Positions 39,912 through 50,610 of a stretch of 64,000 bases of DNA are shown piece after piece. Position numbers and translations under genes: made by a program. The first letter of the stretch is position 1, and each line of letters starts with the position of its first letter. Origin of the DNA: Escherichia coli (lineage in GTDB: Bacteria; Pseudomonadota; Gammaproteobacteria; Enterobacterales; Enterobacteriaceae). The notes beneath the pieces were generated by a model. The model was not told where the DNA came from and did no database searches. It saw nothing but the letters and a program-made list of their open reading frames with translations. The DNA lies in assembly GCF_044324875.1 (NCBI RefSeq), contig NZ_CP172185.1; one strand, 5' to 3'.

Positions 39912-41413
39912 TGAAGACGTTGTTCTCCCGCTTAATTACCGTTATTGCCTGCTTTTTTATCTTCTCTGCCGCATGGTTTTGCCTGTGGAGCATCAGCCTG
40001 CACCTGGTTGAGCGCCCTGATATGGCGGTGCTGTTATTTCCGTTTGGTCTGCGTCTGGGGCTAATGCTGCAATGCCCGCGCGGATACTGGCCGGTGCTGC
40101 TGGGCGCGGAGTGGCTGCTGATTTACTGGCTAACGCAGGCGGTCGGGTTAACCCATTTCTCCTTATTGGTGATCGGTAGTTTACTGACGTTATTGCCCGT
40201 GGCGCTGATCTCGCGCTATCGCCATCAACGTGACTGGCGCACCCTGCTGTTACAGGGGGCAGCGCTGACGGCGGCGGCGTTGTTGCAGTCGCTGCCCTGG
40301 CTTTGGCACGGCAAAGAGTCGTGGAATGCGCTGTTGCTGACTTTAACTGGCGGCCTGACGCTGGCCCCGATATGTCTGGTGTTCTGGCACTATCTCGCCA
40401 ATAACACCTGGCTGCCGCTCGGGCCGTCACTGGTTTCTCAGCCAATCAACTGGCGCGGGCGGCATCTGGTCTGGTACTTGCTGTTGTTTGTTATTAGTCT
40501 CTGGCTCCAGTTGGGATTGCCGGACGAACTGTCGCGCTTTACGCCATTCTGTCTGGCGCTGCCGATTATCGCGCTGGCCTGGCACTATGGCTGGCAAGGG
40601 GCGCTGATTGCGACATTGATGAACGCCATCGCGCTGATCGCCAGTCAAACCTGGCGCGATCATCCGGTGGATTTATTGCTCTCGCTGCTGGTGCAAAGTC
40701 TGACAGGGTTGTTACTGGGCGCAGGCATCCAGCGGTTGCGTGAACTTAACCAGTCGCTGCAAAAGGAACTGGCGCGCAATCAGCATCTCGCTGAACGTTT
40801 GTTAGAAACTGAAGAGAGCGTGCGCCGTGATGTGGCGCGTGAGCTGCACGACGATATCGGCCAGACCATCACTGCTATTCGTACTCAAGCGGGCATTGTT
40901 CAGCGGCTGGCGGCAGATAACGCCAGTGTGAAGCAGAGCGGGCAGCTCATCGAACAACTGTCGCTGGGTGTTTACGACGCGGTGCGCCGTTTGTTAGGGC
41001 GGTTGCGTCCGCGCCAGCTGGATGATCTCACCCTGGAGCAGGCCATCCGCTCACTGATGCGGGAAATGGAGCTGGAAGGGCGCGGCATTGTCAGCCATCT
41101 CGAATGGCGAATCGATGAATCAGCGTTAAGCGAAAACCAGCGCGTGACGCTGTTTCGTGTCTGCCAGGAAGGGCTGAACAACATTGTGAAACATGCCGAT
41201 GCCAGCGCGGTCACCCTGCAAGGCTGGCAGCAGGATGAACGGTTGATGCTGGTGATTGAAGACGATGGCAGCGGTTTGCCGCCGGGTTCCGGGCAACAAG
41301 GTTTTGGCCTCACCGGAATGCGCGAGCGCGTAACGGCGCTGGGCGGCACATTACACATTTCCTGCCTGCATGGCACGCGTGTCAGCGTTTCTCTACCTCA
41401 ACGCTATGTCTAA
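39911..41413 (+). CDS. uhpB: Sensor histidine kinase UhpB (500 aa)
   Basis: Multi-TM N-terminus, H-box ELHDDIGQ, HATPase C-terminus; start overlaps uhpA stop (TGATG). Confidence 0.95.
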
Positions 41414-41422
41414 GGTTTGATG

Positions 41423-42742
41423 ATGTTGCCGTTTCTGAAAGCGCCTGCCGATGCGCCATTAATGACTGATAAACATGAAATTGATGCCCGCTATCGTTAC
41501 TGGCGTCGGCATATTCTGCTGACCATCTGGCTGGGTTACGCGCTGTTTTACTTCACGCGGAAAAGTTTTAACGCCGCCGTACCAGAAATCCTTGCTAATG
41601 GCGTGCTCAGCCGTAGCGATATCGGCCTGTTAGCGACCCTGTTTTACATTACCTACGGCGTGTCGAAGTTTGTCTCCGGCATTGTCAGCGATCGCTCAAA
41701 TGCCCGTTATTTTATGGGGATAGGGCTTATCGCCACGGGCATTATCAACATTCTGTTTGGCTTCTCGACGTCGCTATGGGCGTTTGCCGTACTCTGGGTG
41801 CTGAACGCCTTTTTCCAGGGCTGGGGTTCACCGGTGTGTGCGCGTCTGTTAACCGCCTGGTATTCTCGTACCGAGCGCGGCGGTTGGTGGGCATTATGGA
41901 ACACGGCGCATAACGTCGGCGGCGCACTCATTCCCATTGTGATGGCAGCGGCTGCACTACATTACGGCTGGCGTGCCGGGATGATGATTGCTGGTTGTAT
42001 GGCGATCGTCGTGGGGATTTTTCTCTGCTGGCGGCTGCGCGATCGCCCGCAGGCGTTAGGTTTACCTGCGGTTGGTGAATGGCGGCACGACGCGCTGGAG
42101 ATTGCTCAACAACAAGAAGGGGCAGGGCTGACGCGTAAAGAGATCCTCACCAAGTATGTGTTGCTGAATCCGTATATCTGGCTGCTTTCGTTTTGCTATG
42201 TGCTGGTCTATGTGGTTCGGGCGGCGATCAACGACTGGGGCAATTTGTATATGTCCGAGACGCTGGGCGTCGATCTGGTCACGGCGAATACGGCAGTGAC
42301 GATGTTTGAACTGGGCGGATTTATCGGTGCGCTGGTAGCGGGTTGGGGCTCGGACAAACTGTTTAACGGCAACCGCGGGCCGATGAATTTGATTTTCGCT
42401 GCCGGAATTTTGCTTTCAGTCGGCTCGCTGTGGCTGATGCCATTTGCCAGCTACGTGATGCAGGCAACCTGCTTCTTCACCATTGGTTTTTTTGTCTTTG
42501 GCCCGCAGATGTTAATCGGCATGGCGGCGGCAGAATGTTCCCACAAAGAGGCGGCAGGGGCGGCGACGGGGTTTGTCGGCTTGTTTGCTTATCTGGGGGC
42601 GTCGCTTGCTGGTTGGCCACTGGCGAAAGTACTCGATACCTGGCACTGGAGCGGATTTTTTGTGGTTATCTCAATCGCCGCCGGGATTTCCGCACTGCTG
42701 TTACTGCCCTTTTTGAACGCCCAGGCACCGCGCGAAGCGTGA
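41423..42742 (+). CDS. uhpC: Glucose-6-phosphate sensor/transport-like MFS protein UhpC (439 aa)
   Basis: Organophosphate:Pi antiporter family; start taken at MLPFLKAPAD. Confidence 0.94.
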   Translation: MLPFLKAPADAPLMTDKHEIDARYRYWRRHILLTIWLGYALFYFTRKSFNAAVPEILANGVLSRSDIGLLATLFYITYGVSKFVSGIVSDRSNARYFMGIGLIATGIINILFGFSTSLWAFAVLWVLNAFFQGWGSPVCARLLTAWYSRTERGGWWALWNTAHNVGGALIPIVMAAAALHYGWRAGMMIAGCMAIVVGIFLCWRLRDRPQALGLPAVGEWRHDALEIAQQQEGAGLTRKEILTKYVLLNPYIWLLSFCYVLVYVVRAAINDWGNLYMSETLGVDLVTANTAVTMFELGGFIGALVAGWGSDKLFNGNRGPMNLIFAAGILLSVGSLWLMPFASYVMQATCFFTIGFFVFGPQMLIGMAAAECSHKEAAGAATGFVGLFAYLGASLAGWPLAKVLDTWHWSGFFVVISIAAGISALLLLPFLNAQAPREA

Positions 42743-42997
42743 TGCATCTCACCTTTTCACTTCATATCCGGCAAAACTAAGAAATTTTCCAGGTTTTGCC
42801 TGGACGCTATCTCAGGCCTGATTTGCTGCTGATTTTTACAATGCCATCATTCATTAATTCTTTCCCAAAATAATTCAAGTTGCAGGAACGCAGCAAACGC
42901 GTGAGTCCCGGGAGCATAGTGAACTATGTGACCGGGAGGAATGCGTGCAGCTAAGGCACCTGCGGCTTGAAGTATGAAGGGAAATCAGGAGTAACCC

Positions 42998-44389
42998 ATG
43001 CTGGCTTTCTTAAACCAGGTTCGCAAGCCGACCCTGGACCTTCCGCTCGAAGTGCGGCGCAAAATGTGGTTCAAACCGTTCATGCAATCCTACCTGGTGG
43101 TCTTTATCGGCTACCTGACGATGTACCTGATTCGCAAGAACTTTAACATCGCGCAGAACGATATGATTTCGACCTACGGGTTGAGCATGACGCAGCTGGG
43201 GATGATCGGCCTGGGGTTCTCCATCACTTATGGCGTGGGTAAAACGCTGGTTTCCTACTACGCCGACGGCAAAAACACCAAACAATTCCTGCCGTTCATG
43301 CTGATCCTGTCTGCCATTTGTATGCTGGGCTTCAGCGCCAGTATGGGCAGCGGCTCGGTTAGCCTGTTCCTGATGATTGCCTTCTACGCCTTAAGCGGCT
43401 TTTTCCAGAGTACCGGGGGTTCGTGCAGTTACTCCACCATCACCAAATGGACGCCGCGTCGTAAACGCGGGACATTCCTCGGTTTCTGGAACATTTCTCA
43501 CAACCTTGGCGGTGCAGGCGCGGCGGGTGTGGCACTGTTCGGCGCAAATTACCTGTTCGATGGTCATGTCATCGGCATGTTTATTTTCCCGTCGATTATC
43601 GCGCTGATTGTCGGTTTTATCGGCCTGCGTTACGGCAGCGACTCCCCGGAATCTTATGGCCTCGGCAAAGCTGAAGAGCTGTTCGGCGAGGAGATCAGCG
43701 AAGAGGACAAAGAGACAGAATCTACCGATATGACCAAGTGGCAGATCTTTGTTGAGTATGTGCTGAAAAACAAAGTGATCTGGCTACTGTGCTTCGCCAA
43801 CATTTTCCTCTATGTGGTGCGTATTGGTATCGACCAGTGGTCAACTGTGTACGCGTTCCAGGAACTGAAACTCTCTAAAGCGGTGGCGATTCAGGGCTTT
43901 ACGCTGTTTGAAGCTGGCGCGCTGGTCGGTACGCTGCTGTGGGGCTGGCTCTCTGACCTGGCGAACGGTCGCCGTGGCCTGGTGGCCTGTATCGCGCTGG
44001 CGCTGATTATCGCCACGCTCGGTGTGTATCAACACGCCAGCAATCAATATATCTACCTGGCTTCTCTCTTTGCGTTGGGTTTCCTGGTCTTTGGCCCGCA
44101 ATTGTTGATTGGTGTGGCCGCAGTTGGCTTTGTACCTAAAAAAGCGATTGGCGCTGCCGATGGTATTAAAGGCACCTTCGCTTACCTGATTGGTGACAGC
44201 TTTGCCAAGTTAGGTCTGGGAATGATTGCCGATGGGACGCCAGTATTCGGCCTTACCGGCTGGGCAGGCACCTTCGCTGCGCTGGATATCGCCGCGATTG
44301 GTTGTATCTGCCTGATGGCGATAGTGGCGGTGATGGAAGAACGCAAAATCCGCCGCGAGAAAAAAATTCAGCAGTTGACAGTGGCATAA
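42998..44389 (+). CDS. uhpT: Hexose-6-phosphate:phosphate antiporter UhpT (463 aa)
   Basis: Translation [40 protein letters not shown]... Confidence 0.96.
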   Translation: MLAFLNQVRKPTLDLPLEVRRKMWFKPFMQSYLVVFIGYLTMYLIRKNFNIAQNDMISTYGLSMTQLGMIGLGFSITYGVGKTLVSYYADGKNTKQFLPFMLILSAICMLGFSASMGSGSVSLFLMIAFYALSGFFQSTGGSCSYSTITKWTPRRKRGTFLGFWNISHNLGGAGAAGVALFGANYLFDGHVIGMFIFPSIIALIVGFIGLRYGSDSPESYGLGKAEELFGEEISEEDKETESTDMTKWQIFVEYVLKNKVIWLLCFANIFLYVVRIGIDQWSTVYAFQELKLSKAVAIQGFTLFEAGALVGTLLWGWLSDLANGRRGLVACIALALIIATLGVYQHASNQYIYLASLFALGFLVFGPQLLIGVAAVGFVPKKAIGAADGIKGTFAYLIGDSFAKLGLGMIADGTPVFGLTGWAGTFAALDIAAIGCICLMAIVAVMEERKIRREKKIQQLTVA

Positions 44390-44407
44390 ACGTAACTGGT
44401 GACTTTT

Positions 44408-44433
44408 GCCCGGCATGACGCCGGGCTTTTTTT
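44408..44433. terminator. Bidirectional terminator between uhpT and ade
   Basis: GCCCGGC-ATGAC-GCCGGGC followed by TTTTTTT. Confidence 0.7.
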
Positions 44434-44434
44434 A

Positions 44435-46201
44435 TTATTCAGTGACTTCCAGCGTGGTGAAGGCAAACTTCTCGCCATCAAACAGCCCCTGGCTGGTTAG
44501 TTTCAGCGCGGGGATCACTGGCAGGGAAAGAAACGCCATCTGAATAAACGGCTCATCGGGTAACGGACCGCATTCACGGGCGGCGGCTTTCAAGGCGTCA
44601 ATTTGCTCCGCCAGTGACTGCGCCGTGTCGGTGCTCATTAGCCCGGCAATGGGCAACGGTAGATGACTTTGTACCTGGCCGTTACGGACCACGCACAACC
44701 CGCCGCCATCCTGAATCACCTGATTGACCGCCAGCGCCATCTCTTGGGCACTGCGACCGATCACCACAATATTATGGCTGTCATGGCTGACCGTCGCAGC
44801 CAGCGCGCCTTCATTCAGGCCAAAGCCGCCGAGCAAACCACAAGCCGGAGCCAGTCGTTGCCCGTAACGCTCAAGTACGGCAATAAAGCACACATTATCG
44901 CGATCAAAACCATTTTCGCTATAGACGCTGGAGCGGGAGTGCGTGATTAATTCGTTATGGATGACGTCAATAACCCGATAGCGTTTTCCGGGCGTAAATT
45001 GCAGGGCAAAGTCGCTGGCGGAAACAGGCTGGCGGGCAATGGTATTGCCATATGGCGGAGCGGATTGTGCCAGTCTCGCCGACTCTTCCGCCTGTAAGGT
45101 TTGCGCATCAATCGGCTCGCCTTTCACCAGTACCTGTTGCACCGTGACCTTACGCGCATCGCTCAACAGGACGATATCGGCCTGCTTGCCGGGTGCCAGT
45201 AAGCCGAGGTGATTCAGACCAAAATGGCGCGCCGTCGACCAGCTGGCGACGCGATATGCCACATGCAGCGGCACATTGTGTTGTTCGATCAGGCGGCGAA
45301 TTAAGGCATCGATGTGTCCTTCATGGGCGATCTCCCACGGGTTACGGTCATCGGTACAGAGCATGCATTGCGGGCTGTTAAATTCGTTGATCAACGGTGC
45401 CAGCGCGTTGAGATTGCGGGCAGCGGACCCTTCGCGGATCATCAACGACATACCGAGTTGTAATTTCCGGCGTCCTTCTTCCAGCTGATAACTTTCGTGG
45501 CAGTTTTCAATACCCGCAGCAATATAGGCGTTAAGTTCTTTACCAACCAAACCCGGGCAGTGACCGTCCAGCGTCAGGTGGCGAAATGCATCCAGTTTAT
45601 CGAGCAGCGCATTCTGCCCGCTAATTACGCCAGGGTAGTCCATCATTTCTGCAAGGCCGGTAACCTGCGGATGGTCCCGCCAGGCGAGCATCTGTTCAAG
45701 GGTAAAACTGGCACCGTTAACATCGCAGCCTTCCAGAGCGGGTACGCAAGAGCTGACCTGTAAGTACTGGTTTTGCCTTGCCTGTTCGGCACAGCGGGCA
45801 AACCAGGCGAATCCGGCTTCGCCCATCACGTTGACGATTTCATGAGGATCGCAAATAACAGTTGTCAGGCCGCGAGGCAGGGTGGCGGTTTCAAAGGTGA
45901 CCGGCGTCATCATGCTGGATTCAATATGCAGGTGAGCATCAATAAACCCTGGCACCGCCGTTGCGCCGTGGGCATCAATCCGCTGCAAAGCCGGAGCATC
46001 AGTGTATTCTGCGCCAACACCGGCAATGTAACGCCCTTTAATCACAATTGGGCCGGAAATTTCTCCGCCATTGATCAGGTCGAGAATAGAGACATTATCA
46101 ATAATATAATCGGCAACAGCGTCGCCACGGGAAACGGCTAACAATTCCTGGTATTCCGCCCGGCTAATGTGATGAAATTTATGGTTAATAGAATTATTCA
46201 T
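44435..46201 (-). CDS. ade: Adenine deaminase (588 aa)
   Basis: Amidohydrolase metal-binding motif ([12 protein letters not shown]) near N-terminus. Confidence 0.95.
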   Translation of the reverse strand: MNNSINHKFHHISRAEYQELLAVSRGDAVADYIIDNVSILDLINGGEISGPIVIKGRYIAGVGAEYTDAPALQRIDAHGATAVPGFIDAHLHIESSMMTPVTFETATLPRGLTTVICDPHEIVNVMGEAGFAWFARCAEQARQNQYLQVSSCVPALEGCDVNGASFTLEQMLAWRDHPQVTGLAEMMDYPGVISGQNALLDKLDAFRHLTLDGHCPGLVGKELNAYIAAGIENCHESYQLEEGRRKLQLGMSLMIREGSAARNLNALAPLINEFNSPQCMLCTDDRNPWEIAHEGHIDALIRRLIEQHNVPLHVAYRVASWSTARHFGLNHLGLLAPGKQADIVLLSDARKVTVQQVLVKGEPIDAQTLQAEESARLAQSAPPYGNTIARQPVSASDFALQFTPGKRYRVIDVIHNELITHSRSSVYSENGFDRDNVCFIAVLERYGQRLAPACGLLGGFGLNEGALAATVSHDSHNIVVIGRSAQEMALAVNQVIQDGGGLCVVRNGQVQSHLPLPIAGLMSTDTAQSLAEQIDALKAAARECGPLPDEPFIQMAFLSLPVIPALKLTSQGLFDGEKFAFTTLEVTE

Positions 46202-46375
46202 ATTTTTCTCATTTTGATTTTATCAATTTGATTATTATTTATCATAAAGAAACGTCGCGAGATTATTAAAGAATATCCATTAATGCGCAATTGAAATGTG
46301 ATAATTATCACTGAACCGTTGTTGTCATTTGTTTTACAAAAGCAAGGGATTAAATCTCCTCCAATGGACAAAAAA

Positions 46376-47710
46376 ATGAATAATGACAATACCGATTACG
46401 TGAGTAATGAATCAGGGACGCTTTCGCGATTATTTAAACTACCTCAGCATGGGACCACCGTCCGCACAGAATTGATTGCGGGGATGACCACTTTTTTAAC
46501 CATGGTGTACATCGTTTTTGTGAACCCGCAAATCCTCGGCGCGGCACAAATGGACCCGAAAGTGGTGTTTGTTACCACCTGTTTGATTGCCGGTATCGGC
46601 AGTATTGCGATGGGGATATTTGCTAACTTACCCGTGGCGCTGGCTCCGGCAATGGGGCTGAACGCCTTCTTTGCGTTCGTGGTCGTGGGGGCGATGGGTA
46701 TCTCCTGGCAGACCGGGATGGGCGCGATATTCTGGGGCGCAATTGGGCTATTTTTGCTCACGCTGTTTCGTATCCGTTACTGGATGATCTCCAACATTCC
46801 ATTAAGTTTACGTATTGGTATCACCAGCGGAATCGGATTATTTATTGCCTTAATGGGATTAAAAAACACTGGCGTTATTGTCGCCAATAAAGACACCCTG
46901 GTGATGATTGGCGATTTAAGTTCTCACGGCGTGTTGTTAGGTATTTTAGGGTTTTTTATTATAACCGTGTTGTCATCACGTCATTTTCATGCCGCGGTGT
47001 TGGTTTCTATTGTGGTGACGTCTTGCTGTGGCTTATTTTTCGGTGATGTTCATTTTAGCGGCGTCTATTCCATTCCGCCTGATATTAGCGGCGTCATTGG
47101 TGAAGTAGATTTGAGCGGCGCGTTAACACTTGAACTCGCCGGTATCATTTTCTCCTTTATGCTGATCAACCTATTTGATTCATCAGGAACATTAATTGGT
47201 GTAACTGATAAAGCTGGCTTAATAGATAGTAACGGTCAATTCCCCAATATGAATAAGGCGCTGTATGTTGATAGCGTCAGTTCGGTGGCAGGCGCATTTA
47301 TTGGTACCTCATCTGTTACTGCCTATATTGAAAGTACTTCTGGTGTGGCGGTCGGTGGTCGCACGGGGCTGACGGCTGTCGTGGTCGGCGTTATGTTCCT
47401 GTTAGTTATGTTCTTCTCACCGCTGGTGGCGATGGTTCCTCCTTACGCAACCGCCGGAGCGTTAATCTTTGTTGGCGTGTTGATGACCTCAAGCCTGGCG
47501 CGCGTTAACTGGGATGATTTTACCGAATCGGTGCCTGCGTTTGTTACCACGGTGATGATGCCCTTTACTTTCTCGATCACCGAAGGGATTGCACTTGGCT
47601 TTATGTCGTACTGCATCATGAAAGTGTGCACCGGGCGCTGGCGCGATCTGAACCTGTGTGTGGTGGTGGTCGCAGCTCTGTTTGCACTGAAGATTATTCT
47701 GGTGGATTAG
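46376..47710 (+). CDS. adeQ: Adenine permease, NCS2/AzgA family (444 aa)
   Basis: Start taken at MNNDNTDYVSNE (track opens 26 codons upstream); multi-TM. Confidence 0.9.
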   Translation: MNNDNTDYVSNESGTLSRLFKLPQHGTTVRTELIAGMTTFLTMVYIVFVNPQILGAAQMDPKVVFVTTCLIAGIGSIAMGIFANLPVALAPAMGLNAFFAFVVVGAMGISWQTGMGAIFWGAIGLFLLTLFRIRYWMISNIPLSLRIGITSGIGLFIALMGLKNTGVIVANKDTLVMIGDLSSHGVLLGILGFFIITVLSSRHFHAAVLVSIVVTSCCGLFFGDVHFSGVYSIPPDISGVIGEVDLSGALTLELAGIIFSFMLINLFDSSGTLIGVTDKAGLIDSNGQFPNMNKALYVDSVSSVAGAFIGTSSVTAYIESTSGVAVGGRTGLTAVVVGVMFLLVMFFSPLVAMVPPYATAGALIFVGVLMTSSLARVNWDDFTESVPAFVTTVMMPFTFSITEGIALGFMSYCIMKVCTGRWRDLNLCVVVVAALFALKIILVD

Positions 47711-47762
47711 TAACTGGCGAGGGTTTCCAGATATCATGAGTTCTGATTACGCAGGAGAACTC

Positions 47763-48215
47763 ATGATCTGGATAATGCTCGCCACGCTGGCGGTGGTGTT
47801 TGTGGTTGGTTTTCGGGTGCTGACATCCGGGGCCAGAAAAGCGATTCGCCGTCTCAGCGATCGGCTGAATATCGATGTCGTACCCGTGGAGTCGATGGTC
47901 GATCAAATGGGAAAGTCAGCCGGTGACGAATTTTTACGTTATTTGCATCGTCCGGATGAGTCGCACCTGCAAAACGCCGCGCAGGTGTTGCTCATCTGGC
48001 AAATTGTCATTGTCGATGGTAGCGAACAGAACCTGCTGCAATGGCATCGGATTTTACAAAAAGCCCGCCTTGCCGCTCCCATTACCGATGCTCAGGTCAG
48101 GCTGGCGCTGGGTTTTCTGCGCGAAACCGAACCTGAAATGCAGGATATTAATGCTTTTCAGATGCGCTATAACGCGTTCTTTCAGCCTGCCGAGGGCGTT
48201 CACTGGCTGCATTAA
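47763..48215 (+). CDS. yicN: Uncharacterised protein YicN (150 aa)
   Basis: Start taken at MIWIMLATLAVVFVVG; single N-terminal TM. Confidence 0.85.
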   Translation: MIWIMLATLAVVFVVGFRVLTSGARKAIRRLSDRLNIDVVPVESMVDQMGKSAGDEFLRYLHRPDESHLQNAAQVLLIWQIVIVDGSEQNLLQWHRILQKARLAAPITDAQVRLALGFLRETEPEMQDINAFQMRYNAFFQPAEGVHWLH

Positions 48216-48224
48216 AACCGCTTC

Positions 48225-48295
48225 GTCTTATCAGCCTACAGACCGCGCCTGACCTGTCGGGTGGATAAGGCGTTCATGCCGCATCCGGTATCGAA
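48225..48295. repeat. REP element
   Basis: GCCTGACCTGTCGGGTGGATAAGGCGTTCATGCCGCATCCGG, REP-type palindromic unit. Confidence 0.55.
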
Positions 48296-48330
48296 ACTGA
48301 CAGTTGGTGAACGCATTATCTACGTTCTAT

Positions 48331-48654
48331 TTACAGCAGCACCTCCAGCCCGTGTTTTTGCACAATGCTGAGCAGTTTTAATGAAATGCCATTGGGGCGT
48401 TTAGCGCCACTTTCCCATTTTTGTACAGTTGAAACGCTGGTATTGAGATAGTGAGCGAAGACGGGCTGACTCACTTTTAATTTTTCCCGCAGTGCTTTTA
48501 TCTCAACAGGTTGTAAGTCTTGCACGCTGGTCAGGCAGGCTTTGTCAAAAGTACGCATCGTTTCGGCAGAAATAGCATCGACGCTGGACAATCCAGCCGC
48601 TGCGCTGTGAATAGCTTCAAATGCAGGACTTTTAAATTTAGTTTTTGCAGTCAT
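48331..48654 (-). CDS. Putative antitoxin, XRE/Cro-type HTH DNA-binding protein (107 aa)
   Basis: HTH segment VSQPVFAHYLNTSVSTVQKWESG; second gene of a two-gene operon, overlapping the upstream gene by 17 nt. Confidence 0.8.
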   Translation of the reverse strand: MTAKTKFKSPAFEAIHSAAAGLSSVDAISAETMRTFDKACLTSVQDLQPVEIKALREKLKVSQPVFAHYLNTSVSTVQKWESGAKRPNGISLKLLSIVQKHGLEVLL

Positions 48655-48997
48655 AGCAGATCTCTGTCAGTTCTTTAGTGTTAATCATTGCTGTTAGTTG
48701 GGCTTTCGTCAGGAAGGCATAATGCTTTGCAAGTTCACGAAACCCAGCCAGTTCCTGACTATTGATGTTCGACATATCCTGTTTTGCATATAAAAACGTG
48801 TAAAACCAATTGCTTCCCCCTTTTGCCAGAATAATTGCACGCTCACGATTTTGGTGAAGGCGCTTTTTAAAAACGCCACCGCCAAGTGCATCAGCTTTAC
48901 CTTGTTCCGTTTCTAAAATGGCCCGGCACAACTCTTCATCTGTTATTGCATGAGACCTGGCTTCCCTTGCAAACCATTTGGTTTTAAACACGCGCAT
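48638..48997 (-). CDS. Putative type II toxin, RelE/HigB-like (119 aa)
   Basis: Small basic protein first in the operon with the HTH gene (toxin-first order as in higBA); inserted between yicN and nepI. Confidence 0.75.
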   Translation of the reverse strand: MRVFKTKWFAREARSHAITDEELCRAILETEQGKADALGGGVFKKRLHQNRERAIILAKGGSNWFYTFLYAKQDMSNINSQELAGFRELAKHYAFLTKAQLTAMINTKELTEICYDCKN

Positions 48998-49224
48998 ATC
49001 GTTGAGGTCCTGTTGTTAAAGTATATCACCAAGTGCAATACTTTATCCCTTGTTCCCAACACAATCGCGAAAATGCATATCACCTTGCCCTATGATTTTT
49101 ATTTCTTCGAGCAGCCTCGAACTTTTCCCACAACACCGTAAAAGTTGCAAAAACGTTAAATGCGTCACACATTTCAATGTTAAAGTGGTCGGCTTTTCCC
49201 CTGAAACATGCCACGGGTAACACC

Positions 49225-50409
49225 ATGAGTGAATTTATTGCCGAAAACCGCGGCGCGGATGTCATCACCCGACCGAACTGGTCAGCCGTATTCTCGGTGG
49301 CGTTTTGCGTCGCCTGTCTGATTATCGTTGAGTTTTTGCCTGTCAGTTTGTTGACGCCAATGGCCCAGGATTTAGGCATTTCGGAAGGGGTTGCCGGGCA
49401 ATCGGTGACCGTGACCGCTTTTGTGGCAATGTTTGCCAGTTTGTTTATTACCCAGACAATTCAGGCCACTGACCGCCGCTACGTTGTTATTTTGTTTGCC
49501 GTTTTGCTGACGCTCTCCTGCTTGCTGGTTTCCTTTGCTAACTCATTCAGTTTGCTTTTAATTGGTCGTGCCTGTCTGGGGCTGGCGCTGGGCGGGTTCT
49601 GGGCGATGTCGGCGTCGCTGACCATGCGTCTGGTGCCGCCGCGTACGGTGCCGAAGGCGCTGTCGGTGATCTTCGGCGCGGTTTCTATTGCGCTGGTGAT
49701 TGCCGCGCCGTTGGGCAGTTTTTTAGGCGAGCTTATCGGTTGGCGCAATGTCTTTAATGCGGCGGCGGTGATGGGCGTGCTGTGTATTTTCTGGATTATC
49801 AAATCATTGCCCTCGCTGCCAGGCGAACCCTCGCATCAGAAACAAAATACTTTCCGCTTATTACAACGTCCGGGAGTGATGGCAGGGATGATCGCCATCT
49901 TCATGTCTTTCGCCGGGCAGTTTGCTTTCTTCACGTATATTCGCCCGGTGTATATGAACCTGGCGGGATTCGGCGTGGATGGCTTAACGCTGGTGCTGTT
50001 GAGTTTTGGTATCGCCAGCTTTATTGGTACGTCGCTTTCGTCGTTCATTCTTAAACGTTCGGTAAAACTGGCCTTAGCGGGCGCGCCGTTAATACTGGCA
50101 GTGAGTGCGTTGGTGCTGACGTTGTGGGGAAGCGATAAAATCGTTGCTACCGGCGTGGCGATTATCTGGGGGCTGACTTTTGCATTGGTTCCTGTCGGCT
50201 GGTCAACGTGGATCACCCGCTCACTGGCCGATCAGGCAGAAAAAGCCGGGTCTATTCAGGTGGCGGTTATTCAGCTTGCTAATACCTGTGGCGCGGCAAT
50301 CGGTGGTTATGCGCTGGATAATATTGGTCTGACTTCGCCGTTGATGTTGTCCGGCACATTGATGTTGCTGACGGCGTTATTGGTCACCGCAAAGGTGAAA
50401 ATGAAGTAA
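49225..50409 (+). CDS. nepI: MFS purine ribonucleoside efflux pump NepI (394 aa)
   Basis: Start taken at [12 protein letters not shown]; 12-TM MFS. Confidence 0.93.
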   Translation: MSEFIAENRGADVITRPNWSAVFSVAFCVACLIIVEFLPVSLLTPMAQDLGISEGVAGQSVTVTAFVAMFASLFITQTIQATDRRYVVILFAVLLTLSCLLVSFANSFSLLLIGRACLGLALGGFWAMSASLTMRLVPPRTVPKALSVIFGAVSIALVIAAPLGSFLGELIGWRNVFNAAAVMGVLCIFWIIKSLPSLPGEPSHQKQNTFRLLQRPGVMAGMIAIFMSFAGQFAFFTYIRPVYMNLAGFGVDGLTLVLLSFGIASFIGTSLSSFILKRSVKLALAGAPLILAVSALVLTLWGSDKIVATGVAIIWGLTFALVPVGWSTWITRSLADQAEKAGSIQVAVIQLANTCGAAIGGYALDNIGLTSPLMLSGTLMLLTALLVTAKVKMK

Positions 50410-50610
50410 CGTATTTACAGGAGGGGTTACTGCTCTGGCGGGAAGCTCTCCTGTTCTTCCTCCTGATAATCCTTGATCAGGTATTGTTCTTATCTTGTTG
50501 TTATTTCCATTATTCCGCCTGTATTCATCATTTGCTAATCATGAATCATCATTTTCTCTCATGTTAAAGAAAGGTCATTTAATCTGAACGCATAGCGACA
50601 GGGATGACAA

